Virus record (IMG/VR): IMGVR_UViG_3300032287_003113
Location: 124,001 to 188,000 of that record
DNA: 64,000 nt
Strand: one strand, 5' to 3'
The notes beneath the pieces are model-generated. The model was given only the letters and a program-made list of their open reading frames with translations. It made no database searches and was not told where the DNA came from. A program made the position numbers and the translations under genes. Positions within the stretch are counted from its first letter, which is position 1, and each line of letters begins with the position of its first letter. Below are positions 20,580-29,352 of this stretch, one piece after another.

Positions 20580-21926
20580 ATGGCACGAGGAATCTTTCAA
20601 AAAATCAATGGTATATGGAAGCGGGTAATTGCTCCGTCGTATAAAGATAATGGCACGTGGAAATCCGTGCAAAAAGGATTTGTTAAACGAGACGGAGTTT
20701 GGCAACAGTTCTACCCCAGCGATGTCATTGCTGATATATTGGTAGTAGGTGGAGGCGGCGGTGGTGGAGTTGGTTATGGATATGAAGGCGGTGGTGGTGG
20801 CGGAGCCGGCGGAGTTGTATTCCAGGAAGATCAAACTTTATCGGTACTAAACGGCAACAACTACACAATTAAAGTTGGCACAGGTGGCGGCGCCAATGAA
20901 TCAGGCACATACAGCCTATTTGGCACAGGTGGTATCACATTAACAAACACAGTAACTCCGGCTGTGTACGCAGGCACATACCCAGTGTACAATGGATTTT
21001 TAAACACATACGGAGTCTGGACTCATCCAGGCATGGCTGGTGCTGCCGTTGGCACAGTATCAGCTACATACACCACACAGATACAAACAGGTCAAGATTA
21101 CACTTTACGAGTCAGTGCCGACAATGCTATAGATGTTAGCATCGACGGCAACGCAGTTGGGTCAAATGGCGATTGGGGAACATATAACGATTATCGTGTA
21201 ACATTAGCATTTGGCGTTCATACTATAGTTTGTACAGCAACAAACTGGGGCGGCCCTGCCATGTTTGCTGCAGCACTATATGATCCACAGGGACGAGTGG
21301 TTTGGGATACTCGAGCACCTATAAATTACCCTGTTGTTGTTGTAGAAAGCGGAATCACTGCATTGGGTGGCGGTAATGGCGGTTGGGGGACTTCCAATCA
21401 GACAGCAGGCTCGGGAGCCAGCGGTGGCGGCGGGTGCGGATTTGTGTATACACACGAAGGTGGCGCAGGATATCCAGGACAAGGATATGAAGGCGGTACA
21501 GGAATATGGCAAGGATTTGGCCAAGCTGGGGGTGGCGGTGGCGGTGGATTTGCTGGCGCCGGACAAGGTAGTAACGGATTTGCTGGCGGAGCAGGCGGAC
21601 CCGGAATTACTATATTGGGATTTAGTGTAGGCGGTGGCGGTGGTGGTGGCTATGGAAATCGAAGCCCATATGGTAGTGGTCCAGGCGGTCCGGGAGGCTC
21701 CGGCGGCGGAGGCGATGGAAACGGTAATAATGCACAAGCCAATACTGGTGGCGGCGGTGGTGGTGGTCTGCACGGGGGTCAAACATCGGGTGGGCGTGGT
21801 GGCGATGGTATTGTAGTGGTACAATATGCCGGTGCACCAGCATTTACAGGTGGTACAATTACCTATGATAACGGAATAACCACACATGTTTTCACTTCTA
21901 GCGGTTCGCTAACAGCATTAGGATAA
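20580..21926 (+). CDS. glycine-rich distal fibre protein with an inserted beta-sandwich (lectin-like) domain
   Basis: N-terminal 'K.NG.WK' docking repeats; 'ILVVGGGGGGG', 'GGGGGAGGV', 'GGRGGDGIVVVQY', 'THVFTSSGSL'; insert containing 'SADNAIDVSIDG...ATNWGGPAMFAAAL'. Confidence 0.65.
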   Translation: MARGIFQKINGIWKRVIAPSYKDNGTWKSVQKGFVKRDGVWQQFYPSDVIADILVVGGGGGGGVGYGYEGGGGGGAGGVVFQEDQTLSVLNGNNYTIKVGTGGGANESGTYSLFGTGGITLTNTVTPAVYAGTYPVYNGFLNTYGVWTHPGMAGAAVGTVSATYTTQIQTGQDYTLRVSADNAIDVSIDGNAVGSNGDWGTYNDYRVTLAFGVHTIVCTATNWGGPAMFAAALYDPQGRVVWDTRAPINYPVVVVESGITALGGGNGGWGTSNQTAGSGASGGGGCGFVYTHEGGAGYPGQGYEGGTGIWQGFGQAGGGGGGGFAGAGQGSNGFAGGAGGPGITILGFSVGGGGGGGYGNRSPYGSGPGGPGGSGGGGDGNGNNAQANTGGGGGGGLHGGQTSGGRGGDGIVVVQYAGAPAFTGGTITYDNGITTHVFTSSGSLTALG

Positions 21927-21934
21927 TATTGGCG

Positions 21935-21941
21935 ATAAATA
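21935..21941 (+). promoter_or_regulatory. T4-like late promoter ATAAATA
   Basis: GATAAATA in the AT-rich gap before fibre gene 21968. Confidence 0.55.
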
Positions 21942-21967
21942 AGTTAATATAATTAAGAAATTACAAT

Positions 21968-23956
21968 ATGCCATATCAAATTAACAAAACAGACGGAACG
22001 GTATTAACAACAATTGCCGATGGAACTAGAGATACTACTACTAGTTTGAGTCTAGCTGGCCCAAATTTTGTTGGATATGGAGAATACTTGAATGAAAATC
22101 TAGTAGGTTTACTAGAAAATTTTGCCAGTAACACAGCCCCAAGTTCGGTCAATTTGCAGGGACAGTTATGGTACGATAAGAATGCACAGATTCTAAAAGT
22201 TTTCACACCACAAGGTTATGTGGCAGTTTCGGGTGTTACCAATTCTGGAAGTCAACCAGCCTTGGGCAAAAATGGCGATATTTGGTTTAACCAGTCCACT
22301 GAGCAGATGTATGTTTACGACAACAGTGGCAGCAATGCAGGTTTTAAAATTGTAGGTCCTGCATATACCAAACAACAAGGTGTCAGTGGTGCAGTTCCCG
22401 TTACTGTAGAAGATGGTTCAATCAGTGGCACATATCATAATATTTTAAAACTACAGTATGGCAACGTAACCTATGCCACTGTCAGTGCAGATTCTGCATT
22501 CTTACCAACACCGGCTATTCCAGGTTTTAGTTTTGTCAATCCTGGAATCACATTCAGTAGCAATGTAAATAATCCCACTGTCAATGCCAATGTTATAACC
22601 GGTGGCGCCAGTGGTTTGGTCATGGTAGATATCGTCAATCGTCAATTGCAAGGAACCTTACACGGCAACGTGGTAGCCACAACATTGAGTGGTACATTAA
22701 CTGGCAATGTCATTGGTAATTTAACTGGTAATGTAGTGGCCACAACGCTACGCGGTAACTTAACTGGTAATCTTTCTGCAACAGTTACACACTCTACAAA
22801 CTTTAGCAGCGGTAATGCTGTAATCACTGGCGGCTATGTACAAAATTTAGCTAACGTATCGGCCGCAGTTGGCACAATAACAACATTATCTAGTACTACC
22901 GGTCAAGCAACCAACTTCAGTTCAAGTAATGTTTTGGTTACTGGTGGTGCAGTTACAGGACTACTTAACTTTTCAACCTTGGTTGGTCAAAGCACAAACT
23001 TCAGTAGTGGTAACATACGTGTTAGTGGTGGTAGTGCAACCGGACTGCTTAATTTTTCAACCTCGTATGGCCAAAGCACAAACTTTAGCAGCGGTAATAT
23101 TTTGGTCACTGGTGGTAGTGCAACAGATTTAACTAATTTTTCAACCACTACAGGACAAAGTACAAACTTTAGTTCAAGCAATATTTTGGTCACCGGTGGT
23201 AGTGCAACAGGACTGACTGCATACAGTGGCACAATCGGACAAGCAACCAATTTTAGTAGTAGCAACGTGTTAGTCACGGGTGGTAATGTGTCAGGAGTAA
23301 CTGGTGTCAATAACACCTTTACATCGGCCAATTTGGTTAATTCGGTAGCAACAACAAAAACAGCCGGTGACTCAACCACAGCCGTAGCCACAACAGCATT
23401 TGTACACGCAGTTTTACCCACTGGTATAATTGTGATGTGGAACAGCACAGCAGCCAGCATACCTGCAGGATGGCAGTTATGTAACGGTAGTAATGGAACT
23501 CCAGACCTGCGTGGACAATTTGTTGTGGGCGCCGGTGGCTCGTACACACCAGGGGATTCAGGCGGAGCAGCATCAGTGACGTTAAGTGCCAACGCTATGC
23601 CAATACACACGCATGAACTAACCGGATCACTAACTACTGGTTCAGCAGGATCACACTCGCATACAGCATCTGTGACTGATCCCGGACATAATCATTCGTT
23701 GCCAATTCAATACAGTGGTTCGGGTGGTAATTTCCCAGATTTAAACGGATTTTCAGGAACTCCTGTTTCTAGCCCATCACCTACAGGAACCGCTGTTACA
23801 AATATCAGCGTAAGTGTAGCTTCAGTTATAGATCACACACATTCATTGACATTGAGCGGAAATACTCAAACCGCCGGTGGTTCAGGTGGAACCACACAGC
23901 CGCATGAAAATCGTCCTCCGTACTACGCCCTATGTTACATCCAGAAAATGTACTAA
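21968..23956 (+). CDS. tail fibre protein 2 with 28-aa repeats, tail-collar domain and HxH tip motifs
   Basis: Shared N-terminal anchor; collar 'LPTGIIVMWN...IPAGWQLCNGSNGTPDLRGQFVVGAG'; HTH/HSH/HNH/HTH motifs; ends in 'HENRPPYYALCYIQK'. Confidence 0.8.
   Translation: MPYQINKTDGTVLTTIADGTRDTTTSLSLAGPNFVGYGEYLNENLVGLLENFASNTAPSSVNLQGQLWYDKNAQILKVFTPQGYVAVSGVTNSGSQPALGKNGDIWFNQSTEQMYVYDNSGSNAGFKIVGPAYTKQQGVSGAVPVTVEDGSISGTYHNILKLQYGNVTYATVSADSAFLPTPAIPGFSFVNPGITFSSNVNNPTVNANVITGGASGLVMVDIVNRQLQGTLHGNVVATTLSGTLTGNVIGNLTGNVVATTLRGNLTGNLSATVTHSTNFSSGNAVITGGYVQNLANVSAAVGTITTLSSTTGQATNFSSSNVLVTGGAVTGLLNFSTLVGQSTNFSSGNIRVSGGSATGLLNFSTSYGQSTNFSSGNILVTGGSATDLTNFSTTTGQSTNFSSSNILVTGGSATGLTAYSGTIGQATNFSSSNVLVTGGNVSGVTGVNNTFTSANLVNSVATTKTAGDSTTAVATTAFVHAVLPTGIIVMWNSTAASIPAGWQLCNGSNGTPDLRGQFVVGAGGSYTPGDSGGAASVTLSANAMPIHTHELTGSLTTGSAGSHSHTASVTDPGHNHSLPIQYSGSGGNFPDLNGFSGTPVSSPSPTGTAVTNISVSVASVIDHTHSLTLSGNTQTAGGSGGTTQPHENRPPYYALCYIQKMY
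22901..23305 (+). repeat. 84-bp (28-aa) tandem repeat, about 5 copies
   Basis: Units begin at 22901, 22985, 23069, 23153 and 23237; consensus GQ(S/A)TNFSS(G/S)N(I/V)LVTGGSATGLxNFST. Confidence 0.9.
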
Positions 23957-23959
23957 ATA
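23953..23959 (+). promoter_or_regulatory. T4-like late promoter CTAAATA
   Basis: Overlaps the stop of fibre 2, 25 nt before the fibre 3 ATG. Confidence 0.45.
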
Positions 23960-23983
23960 CTAAGATAATCAAAGCGAAAAAAC

Positions 23984-25978
23984 ATGGCATACACAATTAA
24001 TTTAACCAATGGTACAGAAATAGTCGCAGGCGGTCTTTCCGACGGCTCTGTAGATACCAGTGCCACCAGTTTAACTCTAATTGGTAAAAACTACGCTGGC
24101 TACGGCGAAATTCTAAACGAAAATCTAGTGCACCTACTGGAAAATTTTGCCAGTCCAAATTCGGGTGCCACTTCAGGCCCACCCAATCCTTTAGCCGGAC
24201 AGCTTTGGTGGGACACAACCAATAACATTTTACGTGTGTATTCGGGCACAAGCTGGAAAATTTCAACTGGTGCTACCAGTGCTCCATTTTCAAGCCCTCC
24301 GGGAGATTTAAGTGCTCTAGGCGGGGACTTATGGTTTGATAGTACCAATCAACAGTTAAAAATATACTCTGGAGCCAATTGGGTAACAGTAGGTCCTGCT
24401 GCAACACCGGTCACAGGTGACACAGGTGCTTTCCCGAGTGTAATGACAGATACACTGGGCGGTAGCCATATTGTTACACAGATTAGAATTGCTGGTGTTC
24501 CTTATATGATCGTCAGCAAAGACACTTTTCCCAGTGCCCTAGCAGGATTCAGCACAGTTAGAGCTGGTATTAATTTTAGTACTATTGCCAGTCCAGTTAT
24601 GGGCATCAACACACAAGATATCAATGCCACGGCCAGCACCTTGGTCCAACGCGACTCATCTGCAGGCATCACTGGTGCTGGAATTACAGGTACAATATTG
24701 ACTGGTACCAACTACATTACTTCGCCAACTGTTATTGCGACAACCTCATTCAATGGAAATATTGCCGGCAATGTTACCGCAGACCTAGTAGAAGCAAGCA
24801 CTATTCGTGCGTCTGGTATCAGTGCTACGGGAGGATACACAGGCACACTATTGACCGCCAGCCAACCAAACGTGACCGGACTTGGCACTCTTACTGCACT
24901 CAATGTTAATGGCAACGTGGCCATAACTGCTGCAAGTGCCATACTCAACGGCAGTCCAATTGCTAGAATTGGCGATCCTGCCAACTTTAGTTCTATCAAC
25001 AGCACACCAATTGGCAATGCTGTGCCCAGTACCGGAGCATTTACCACACTAACAGCATCGGCCCTGACCACAACAGCGGCATTGACATCCAATGGTACTA
25101 TTATTGCCAGTACTGTACAGGCTGGAACCATTGGTAATTCAGGCGCAGTACTGTTTGGCACATTGAACTCATCAAGTGCAAGCCAGCCTAACCTTACCAC
25201 AGCATCAGCTTTGGTCAGCGTGGGCAACGTTACTACTGGTACTTGGAGTGCTACCACAGTACAACCACAATATGGTGGCACAGGTGTCAATAATGGCACA
25301 CGAACAATTACCCTGGGCGGTAGCTTAACAACCACAGCCGCTTGGACGCTTAACCAAAACGTTGAAATCAATTCTAGTCCAACCTTGCGTGGAACAAACT
25401 TTAACAGCATTCCAAATGGTGCTTTGATCAACAGCGGTATTGTTATTAACGGAATCAGTGTAGCCCTAGGCGGTACCTATAGTCAAACTTTAGTATCGAG
25501 TGTTACAGGAACAGCCAATCAAGTTATTACCAGTGCGGCATCAGGAAACATTACTCTAAGCACACCACAAGATATTGGAACAGCGAGTAACGTACGATTT
25601 GGTAGTTTGGGCATTGGTACAGCAGCGTCAGGAACCACCGGTGAAATACGTGCCACAAACAATATTGTTGCTTACTACTCAGACGATAGACTAAAAACAC
25701 GACTGGGTCGAATTGAAAACGCCCTGGACAAGATATGTAGTTTGGAAGGTTTCTACTATGAAGCCAATCAAACTGCACAAGATTTGGGTTACGCTGTTCA
25801 ACGTGAAATGGGTATCAGTGCCCAAAGCACACAATTGGTAGCACCCGAAATTGTTAAACCGGCTCCGATCGACGACCGGTACTTGACTGTGCAATACGAG
25901 CGTTTTGCTCCGTTGATCATCGAAGCTATCAAAGAGTTACGTGTTGAAATTGATGCTTTGAAAGCAAAAATTAAATAA
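23984..25978 (+). CDS. tail fibre protein 3 with C-terminal intramolecular chaperone (peptidase S74-like) domain
   Basis: Shared N-terminal anchor; C-terminal 'YSDDRLKT....IENALDKICSLEGFYY...GISAQ...APEIV...LIIEAIKEL'. Confidence 0.85.
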   Translation: MAYTINLTNGTEIVAGGLSDGSVDTSATSLTLIGKNYAGYGEILNENLVHLLENFASPNSGATSGPPNPLAGQLWWDTTNNILRVYSGTSWKISTGATSAPFSSPPGDLSALGGDLWFDSTNQQLKIYSGANWVTVGPAATPVTGDTGAFPSVMTDTLGGSHIVTQIRIAGVPYMIVSKDTFPSALAGFSTVRAGINFSTIASPVMGINTQDINATASTLVQRDSSAGITGAGITGTILTGTNYITSPTVIATTSFNGNIAGNVTADLVEASTIRASGISATGGYTGTLLTASQPNVTGLGTLTALNVNGNVAITAASAILNGSPIARIGDPANFSSINSTPIGNAVPSTGAFTTLTASALTTTAALTSNGTIIASTVQAGTIGNSGAVLFGTLNSSSASQPNLTTASALVSVGNVTTGTWSATTVQPQYGGTGVNNGTRTITLGGSLTTTAAWTLNQNVEINSSPTLRGTNFNSIPNGALINSGIVINGISVALGGTYSQTLVSSVTGTANQVITSAASGNITLSTPQDIGTASNVRFGSLGIGTAASGTTGEIRATNNIVAYYSDDRLKTRLGRIENALDKICSLEGFYYEANQTAQDLGYAVQREMGISAQSTQLVAPEIVKPAPIDDRYLTVQYERFAPLIIEAIKELRVEIDALKAKIK

Positions 25979-25992
25979 AACACTATAAACAG

Positions 25993-25999
25993 ATAAGTA
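25993..25999 (+). promoter_or_regulatory. late promoter variant ATAAGTA
   Basis: Lies between two TATAAACAG direct repeats (25984-25992, 26001-26009), upstream of the AGGA RBS of gene 26020. Confidence 0.4.
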
Positions 26000-26019
26000 A
26001 TATAAACAGGAAATAAACT

Positions 26020-27015
26020 ATGAGTTATGCACAAGGCGATATAATTGATGCCTCAGACTATAATAACATTATAGGATCTGATCCCAGTAGCACTACCAAT
26101 CGTATCAACACCGTATGGGCCACGGGTTCAGGAAGTGCCGGATATGGACAAACCGCTATAAGCCAGGTCAGCACTGGCGGTGTGGTCACAGCCACACAAT
26201 GGGCCAGCTTAATTAACACCTTAAACAGTATCAGAACACACCAAACGGGCTCTGGGTCAGGTATTACCGCAGTTGTATCTGGTAACAAAATTGATTTTTT
26301 AAGTAACCTAACCACAGTTGTTGATGCTGGATACACTTCAAGATTGGCATTTGCCTCAAACTCTGCTGTAACTGCAGCCGTGGGCGGTACCCTAAGCACA
26401 GCATGGACAGTGACAGTTAGTCCACCGGGATCAAATCCTCCTGCCGGTGGATCCAGTGTAACTACTGTAAGCAGAGCATTTGGTGCTAGATGTACTTTTG
26501 CCAGCGCCGACCAAGCTAGATATTTTTTCAATGCCGGTGGCCGTTTAAAATTAAATCTCAGTGCTACACAAAACTCTAGTACCACTGCTCGTACCAACGG
26601 GATCATCAGTTTGTTGAATTTTGCCGGCGGCATTGCCACATTTGGCGCCAACACCAATGGCGGTAGAATAGGCACAGGTGGCACCTTGGTAACCAACAAT
26701 ACCAACATAGGATATTGGACAGCCACTTATGGAGCCAATGTGGAATTGGTCAACATTACCAGTACCACTGCCAATTACACCTCTGACAAAATTTATATTT
26801 TGGCCAATGTCGGTGGCAATCAAGGCAGTTACAATGGACAAGGTACGACTGTAGATTTCTGGGCCAACATTACCTCAACATCGGGCGGTGACAACGGTAC
26901 ATACAGTTTTGATGACAGCATTGGTGTCAACGTGATTCGAACCGTTGATATTAGCTGGCCAGAAACCACAAACCTAAGTAATACCTGGGGTGCGGTAACA
27001 GTTACTTCAATTTAA
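26020..27015 (+). CDS. virion structural protein (tail/baseplate associated)
   Basis: S/T/G/N-rich; 'MSYAQGDII.ASDYN', 'ARYFFNAGG'; last gene of the late block; good RBS. Confidence 0.55.
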   Translation: MSYAQGDIIDASDYNNIIGSDPSSTTNRINTVWATGSGSAGYGQTAISQVSTGGVVTATQWASLINTLNSIRTHQTGSGSGITAVVSGNKIDFLSNLTTVVDAGYTSRLAFASNSAVTAAVGGTLSTAWTVTVSPPGSNPPAGGSSVTTVSRAFGARCTFASADQARYFFNAGGRLKLNLSATQNSSTTARTNGIISLLNFAGGIATFGANTNGGRIGTGGTLVTNNTNIGYWTATYGANVELVNITSTTANYTSDKIYILANVGGNQGSYNGQGTTVDFWANITSTSGGDNGTYSFDDSIGVNVIRTVDISWPETTNLSNTWGAVTVTSI

Positions 27016-27033
27016 TTTTCCTAGTCAACCCAG

Positions 27034-27062
27034 TTGACAAACCGGCATAGTTAGTGTAAACT
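27034..27062 (+). promoter_or_regulatory. sigma70-type promoter for the tailoring cluster
   Basis: TTGACA (27034-27039), 17 nt spacer, TAAACT (27057-27062). Confidence 0.65.
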
Positions 27063-27080
27063 ATACTATGCCTTTATTCT
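27044..27080 (+). terminator. intrinsic terminator (or operator palindrome) ending the late structural transcript
   Basis: GGCATAGT-TAGT-GTAA loop-ACTA-T-ACTATGCC followed by TTTATTCT. Confidence 0.55.
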
Positions 27081-27093
27081 ATCCATTTTAACT

Positions 27094-27408
27094 ATGTCAG
27101 ATATCAATCAACTTGTCGAGCAAGTGCGTCTTGCTACAGATTATCAAATCAACAAACAAATCTTACGTGAAAAGATCCTAACAGATCTGCATGTTGCCCA
27201 TAACGGCGGATTATTTTTTATCACCACAGATCTAATTGGCTTTCTAACCACATGGCCTGACGACACAGTCTACCTTGAAGACACATATCATAATCCTGTT
27301 GAAGTCGACAGAATTGAATTGTTGACTTTGTGTAGAGAACACTATCAAAAAGTAATGAACCGTTGGCATCAAGAACACAATGAACTCAAACAGATCAGAA
27401 AAATCTAG
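27094..27408 (+). CDS. hypothetical protein, first gene of the tailoring cluster
   Basis: 104-aa ORF directly after the promoter; overlaps the next gene. Confidence 0.65.
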   Translation: MSDINQLVEQVRLATDYQINKQILREKILTDLHVAHNGGLFFITTDLIGFLTTWPDDTVYLEDTYHNPVEVDRIELLTLCREHYQKVMNRWHQEHNELKQIRKI

Positions 27409-28165
27409 AGGCATTGTTGCGTTTGCTATCAACACAGCAACCACAGACTATGTGAGTATTGCCAATCAAACAATCAACTTGGCCTCTTGTGTATTAGATT
27501 TACCTTATACCGTCATCACCCAAGATCATATGGCTGATATGAATTGGCACAACTATAGACATGATGTAGATCTTGGCCACGAAGTTGAATGGAAAAATTT
27601 TGGTCGCAATCTCTGTTATGAACTAAGTCCGTACGAAGAAACCCTGGTCATTGACGTGGACTATGTGGTACAAGATGCTGGACTATTAAAAATATTTGAT
27701 TTGCCGTGGGACTACTTGTTACAACGATCAGCCAGAAGTTTAAATGATGAATATGTACCCAACGTTATGGGTGCTCACAGTTTACCTTATGTATGGGCCA
27801 CGGTGTTTGCATTTAGAAAAACTACCCGTGCCAAAGCATTTTTTGACCTAGTGCAACGAATTGAAGCCAACTACCACTACTACAGAGAATTGTTTAATGC
27901 GGAAAGTAGAAGTTACAGAAATGATTATGCATTTGCTATGGCCGATGTAATACTAAATGGATTCACTGTTTCCAACATCAGTATACCTGGACCCATGCTG
28001 AACATACTACAACCAATTGAATCAATAGAGTCTCAGGGCAATCGAGTAGTTATCAAAGACAAGCAAACTGCTTATGTGGTTCCAAGAATGAACATGCATG
28101 TGATGAGTAAACAATATTTACAAAGCGACAATTTTACCAAGTTTATTAACGATGCCACAACATAA
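27380..28165 (+). CDS. GT-A fold glycosyltransferase (GT8-like)
   Basis: 'RGIVAFAIN....DY...A', 'LSPYEETLVIDVDYVV' (DxD), 'RNDYAF', C-terminal 'MHVMSK'. Confidence 0.65.
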   Translation: MNSNRSEKSRGIVAFAINTATTDYVSIANQTINLASCVLDLPYTVITQDHMADMNWHNYRHDVDLGHEVEWKNFGRNLCYELSPYEETLVIDVDYVVQDAGLLKIFDLPWDYLLQRSARSLNDEYVPNVMGAHSLPYVWATVFAFRKTTRAKAFFDLVQRIEANYHYYRELFNAESRSYRNDYAFAMADVILNGFTVSNISIPGPMLNILQPIESIESQGNRVVIKDKQTAYVVPRMNMHVMSKQYLQSDNFTKFINDATT

Positions 28166-29003
28166 AGAACCGCAGGGCTTTGTAACCTTTGCACAAAACA
28201 CACAGGATACAGACTATCTTGAGCTGGCCTACGTACAGGCATTAAATATTAAAGCAACACAAAAAGATAACAAATATGCAGTTATCGTTGATGTTGCTAC
28301 CCGGGAGAAAGTAAATGAACGTCATCATCGTGTTTTTGATTATATTATTGATCTTCCCTACGATAATAATGATCCTGCCAGTGCTAGGAAGTTTGCTAAC
28401 GAATGGCAAGTGTTTCGTCTCACGCCATTTAAAGAAACTATCAAGTTAGAATCGGACTTGTTGTTTACACGCACGATTGATCATTGGTGGACAGCATTTA
28501 GGTTAAAGAACGTTTGTCTAAGTACAGGCTGTAAAAATTATCAGGGAATTAACAGCACCATTCGAAAATATAGAGAACTGTTTGATGCAAACCATTTGCC
28601 TGATGTATATAATGGCCTGATGTATTTTAGATTTAGTTTAGAAGCCAAACAATTCTTTGAAGCCGCACAATATATACAAATGAATTGGAAGTATGTAAGG
28701 GCAGGACTTAAACAATGTGTAGAAGAAGAACCCAGCACAGACGTAATGTACGCACTGGCCGCCATCATGGTCGGACAGGAAACTTGTACAATGCCCAGCA
28801 TGGATTTCTTAAATTTCGTACACCTAAAACCCGCAATCAATGGTGTGGAAGAAACTGTACCGGTAACTGATCAAATGGTCACAGAATTTGATCGTGGTAT
28901 GATTCGTATTAACAATGTAAATCAACTACAGCCTGTACATTATTTTGAAAAAGATTTTGTTACAACAGAAATGAAGGAGTGGTATGAGTCCAGAATTTCT
29001 TGA
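28152..29003 (+). CDS. GT-A fold glycosyltransferase (GT8-like paralogue)
   Basis: 'QGFVTFAQN....DYLELAY', 'LTPFKETIKLESDLLF', 'PDVYNGLMYF', 'PVHYFEK'; paralogous to the preceding gene. Confidence 0.6.
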   Translation: MPQHKEPQGFVTFAQNTQDTDYLELAYVQALNIKATQKDNKYAVIVDVATREKVNERHHRVFDYIIDLPYDNNDPASARKFANEWQVFRLTPFKETIKLESDLLFTRTIDHWWTAFRLKNVCLSTGCKNYQGINSTIRKYRELFDANHLPDVYNGLMYFRFSLEAKQFFEAAQYIQMNWKYVRAGLKQCVEEEPSTDVMYALAAIMVGQETCTMPSMDFLNFVHLKPAINGVEETVPVTDQMVTEFDRGMIRINNVNQLQPVHYFEKDFVTTEMKEWYESRIS

Positions 29004-29352
29004 AGCATTACGGTTGGTTGAAGAGTACGATCGTCAACGTCCCAAATTAATTACAGAGTTTAGAATATACTATGATGAAGAAGGTCGAGTTACCATGTAC
29101 TGCGAGACTGATCATCCTGCTGATACCAATTACATTGTGATAGACAATCCTGATGTGTTTTTTAAAACCAATACCGGTAGGTTGCGTGTAATCGATGGAG
29201 AATTAAAGATTATCGACACACGACCAACACGAACACATCTTGCAAAAAGCACTACAGGACAACCAGTAGTACGAGGCATGGCTGCACTGGCATTAACGCC
29301 CACAGAACAATATCAAGACATAGAATATTATGACAGAACGACACTTAATTGA
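28984..29352 (+). CDS. hypothetical protein
   Basis: 122-aa ORF overlapping both neighbours. Confidence 0.6.
   Translation: MSPEFLEALRLVEEYDRQRPKLITEFRIYYDEEGRVTMYCETDHPADTNYIVIDNPDVFFKTNTGRLRVIDGELKIIDTRPTRTHLAKSTTGQPVVRGMAALALTPTEQYQDIEYYDRTTLN

Noticed and set aside
22901-23305. CRISPR-like array
   Set aside because: The units are contiguous degenerate coding repeats with no unique spacers.
21968-23956. Canonical N-X-S/T sequon enrichment
   Set aside because: Roughly 23 sites by hand count, but these are largely explained by high S/T content and the tandem repeat. The -1 G/A/S bias is the stronger signal.
18999-25978. Diversity-generating retroelement or invertase-based fibre switching
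   Set aside because: No reverse transcriptase or recombinase in the window. The repeats are in-frame protein repeats without A-specific variation or flanking inverted sites.
24712-26726. Long antisense ORFs (e.g. 24712-25431, 26058-26726; also 1004-1504 and 21276-21887)
   Set aside because: Shadow frames of low-complexity G/T/A/S-rich structural genes, without RBS or recognisable motifs.
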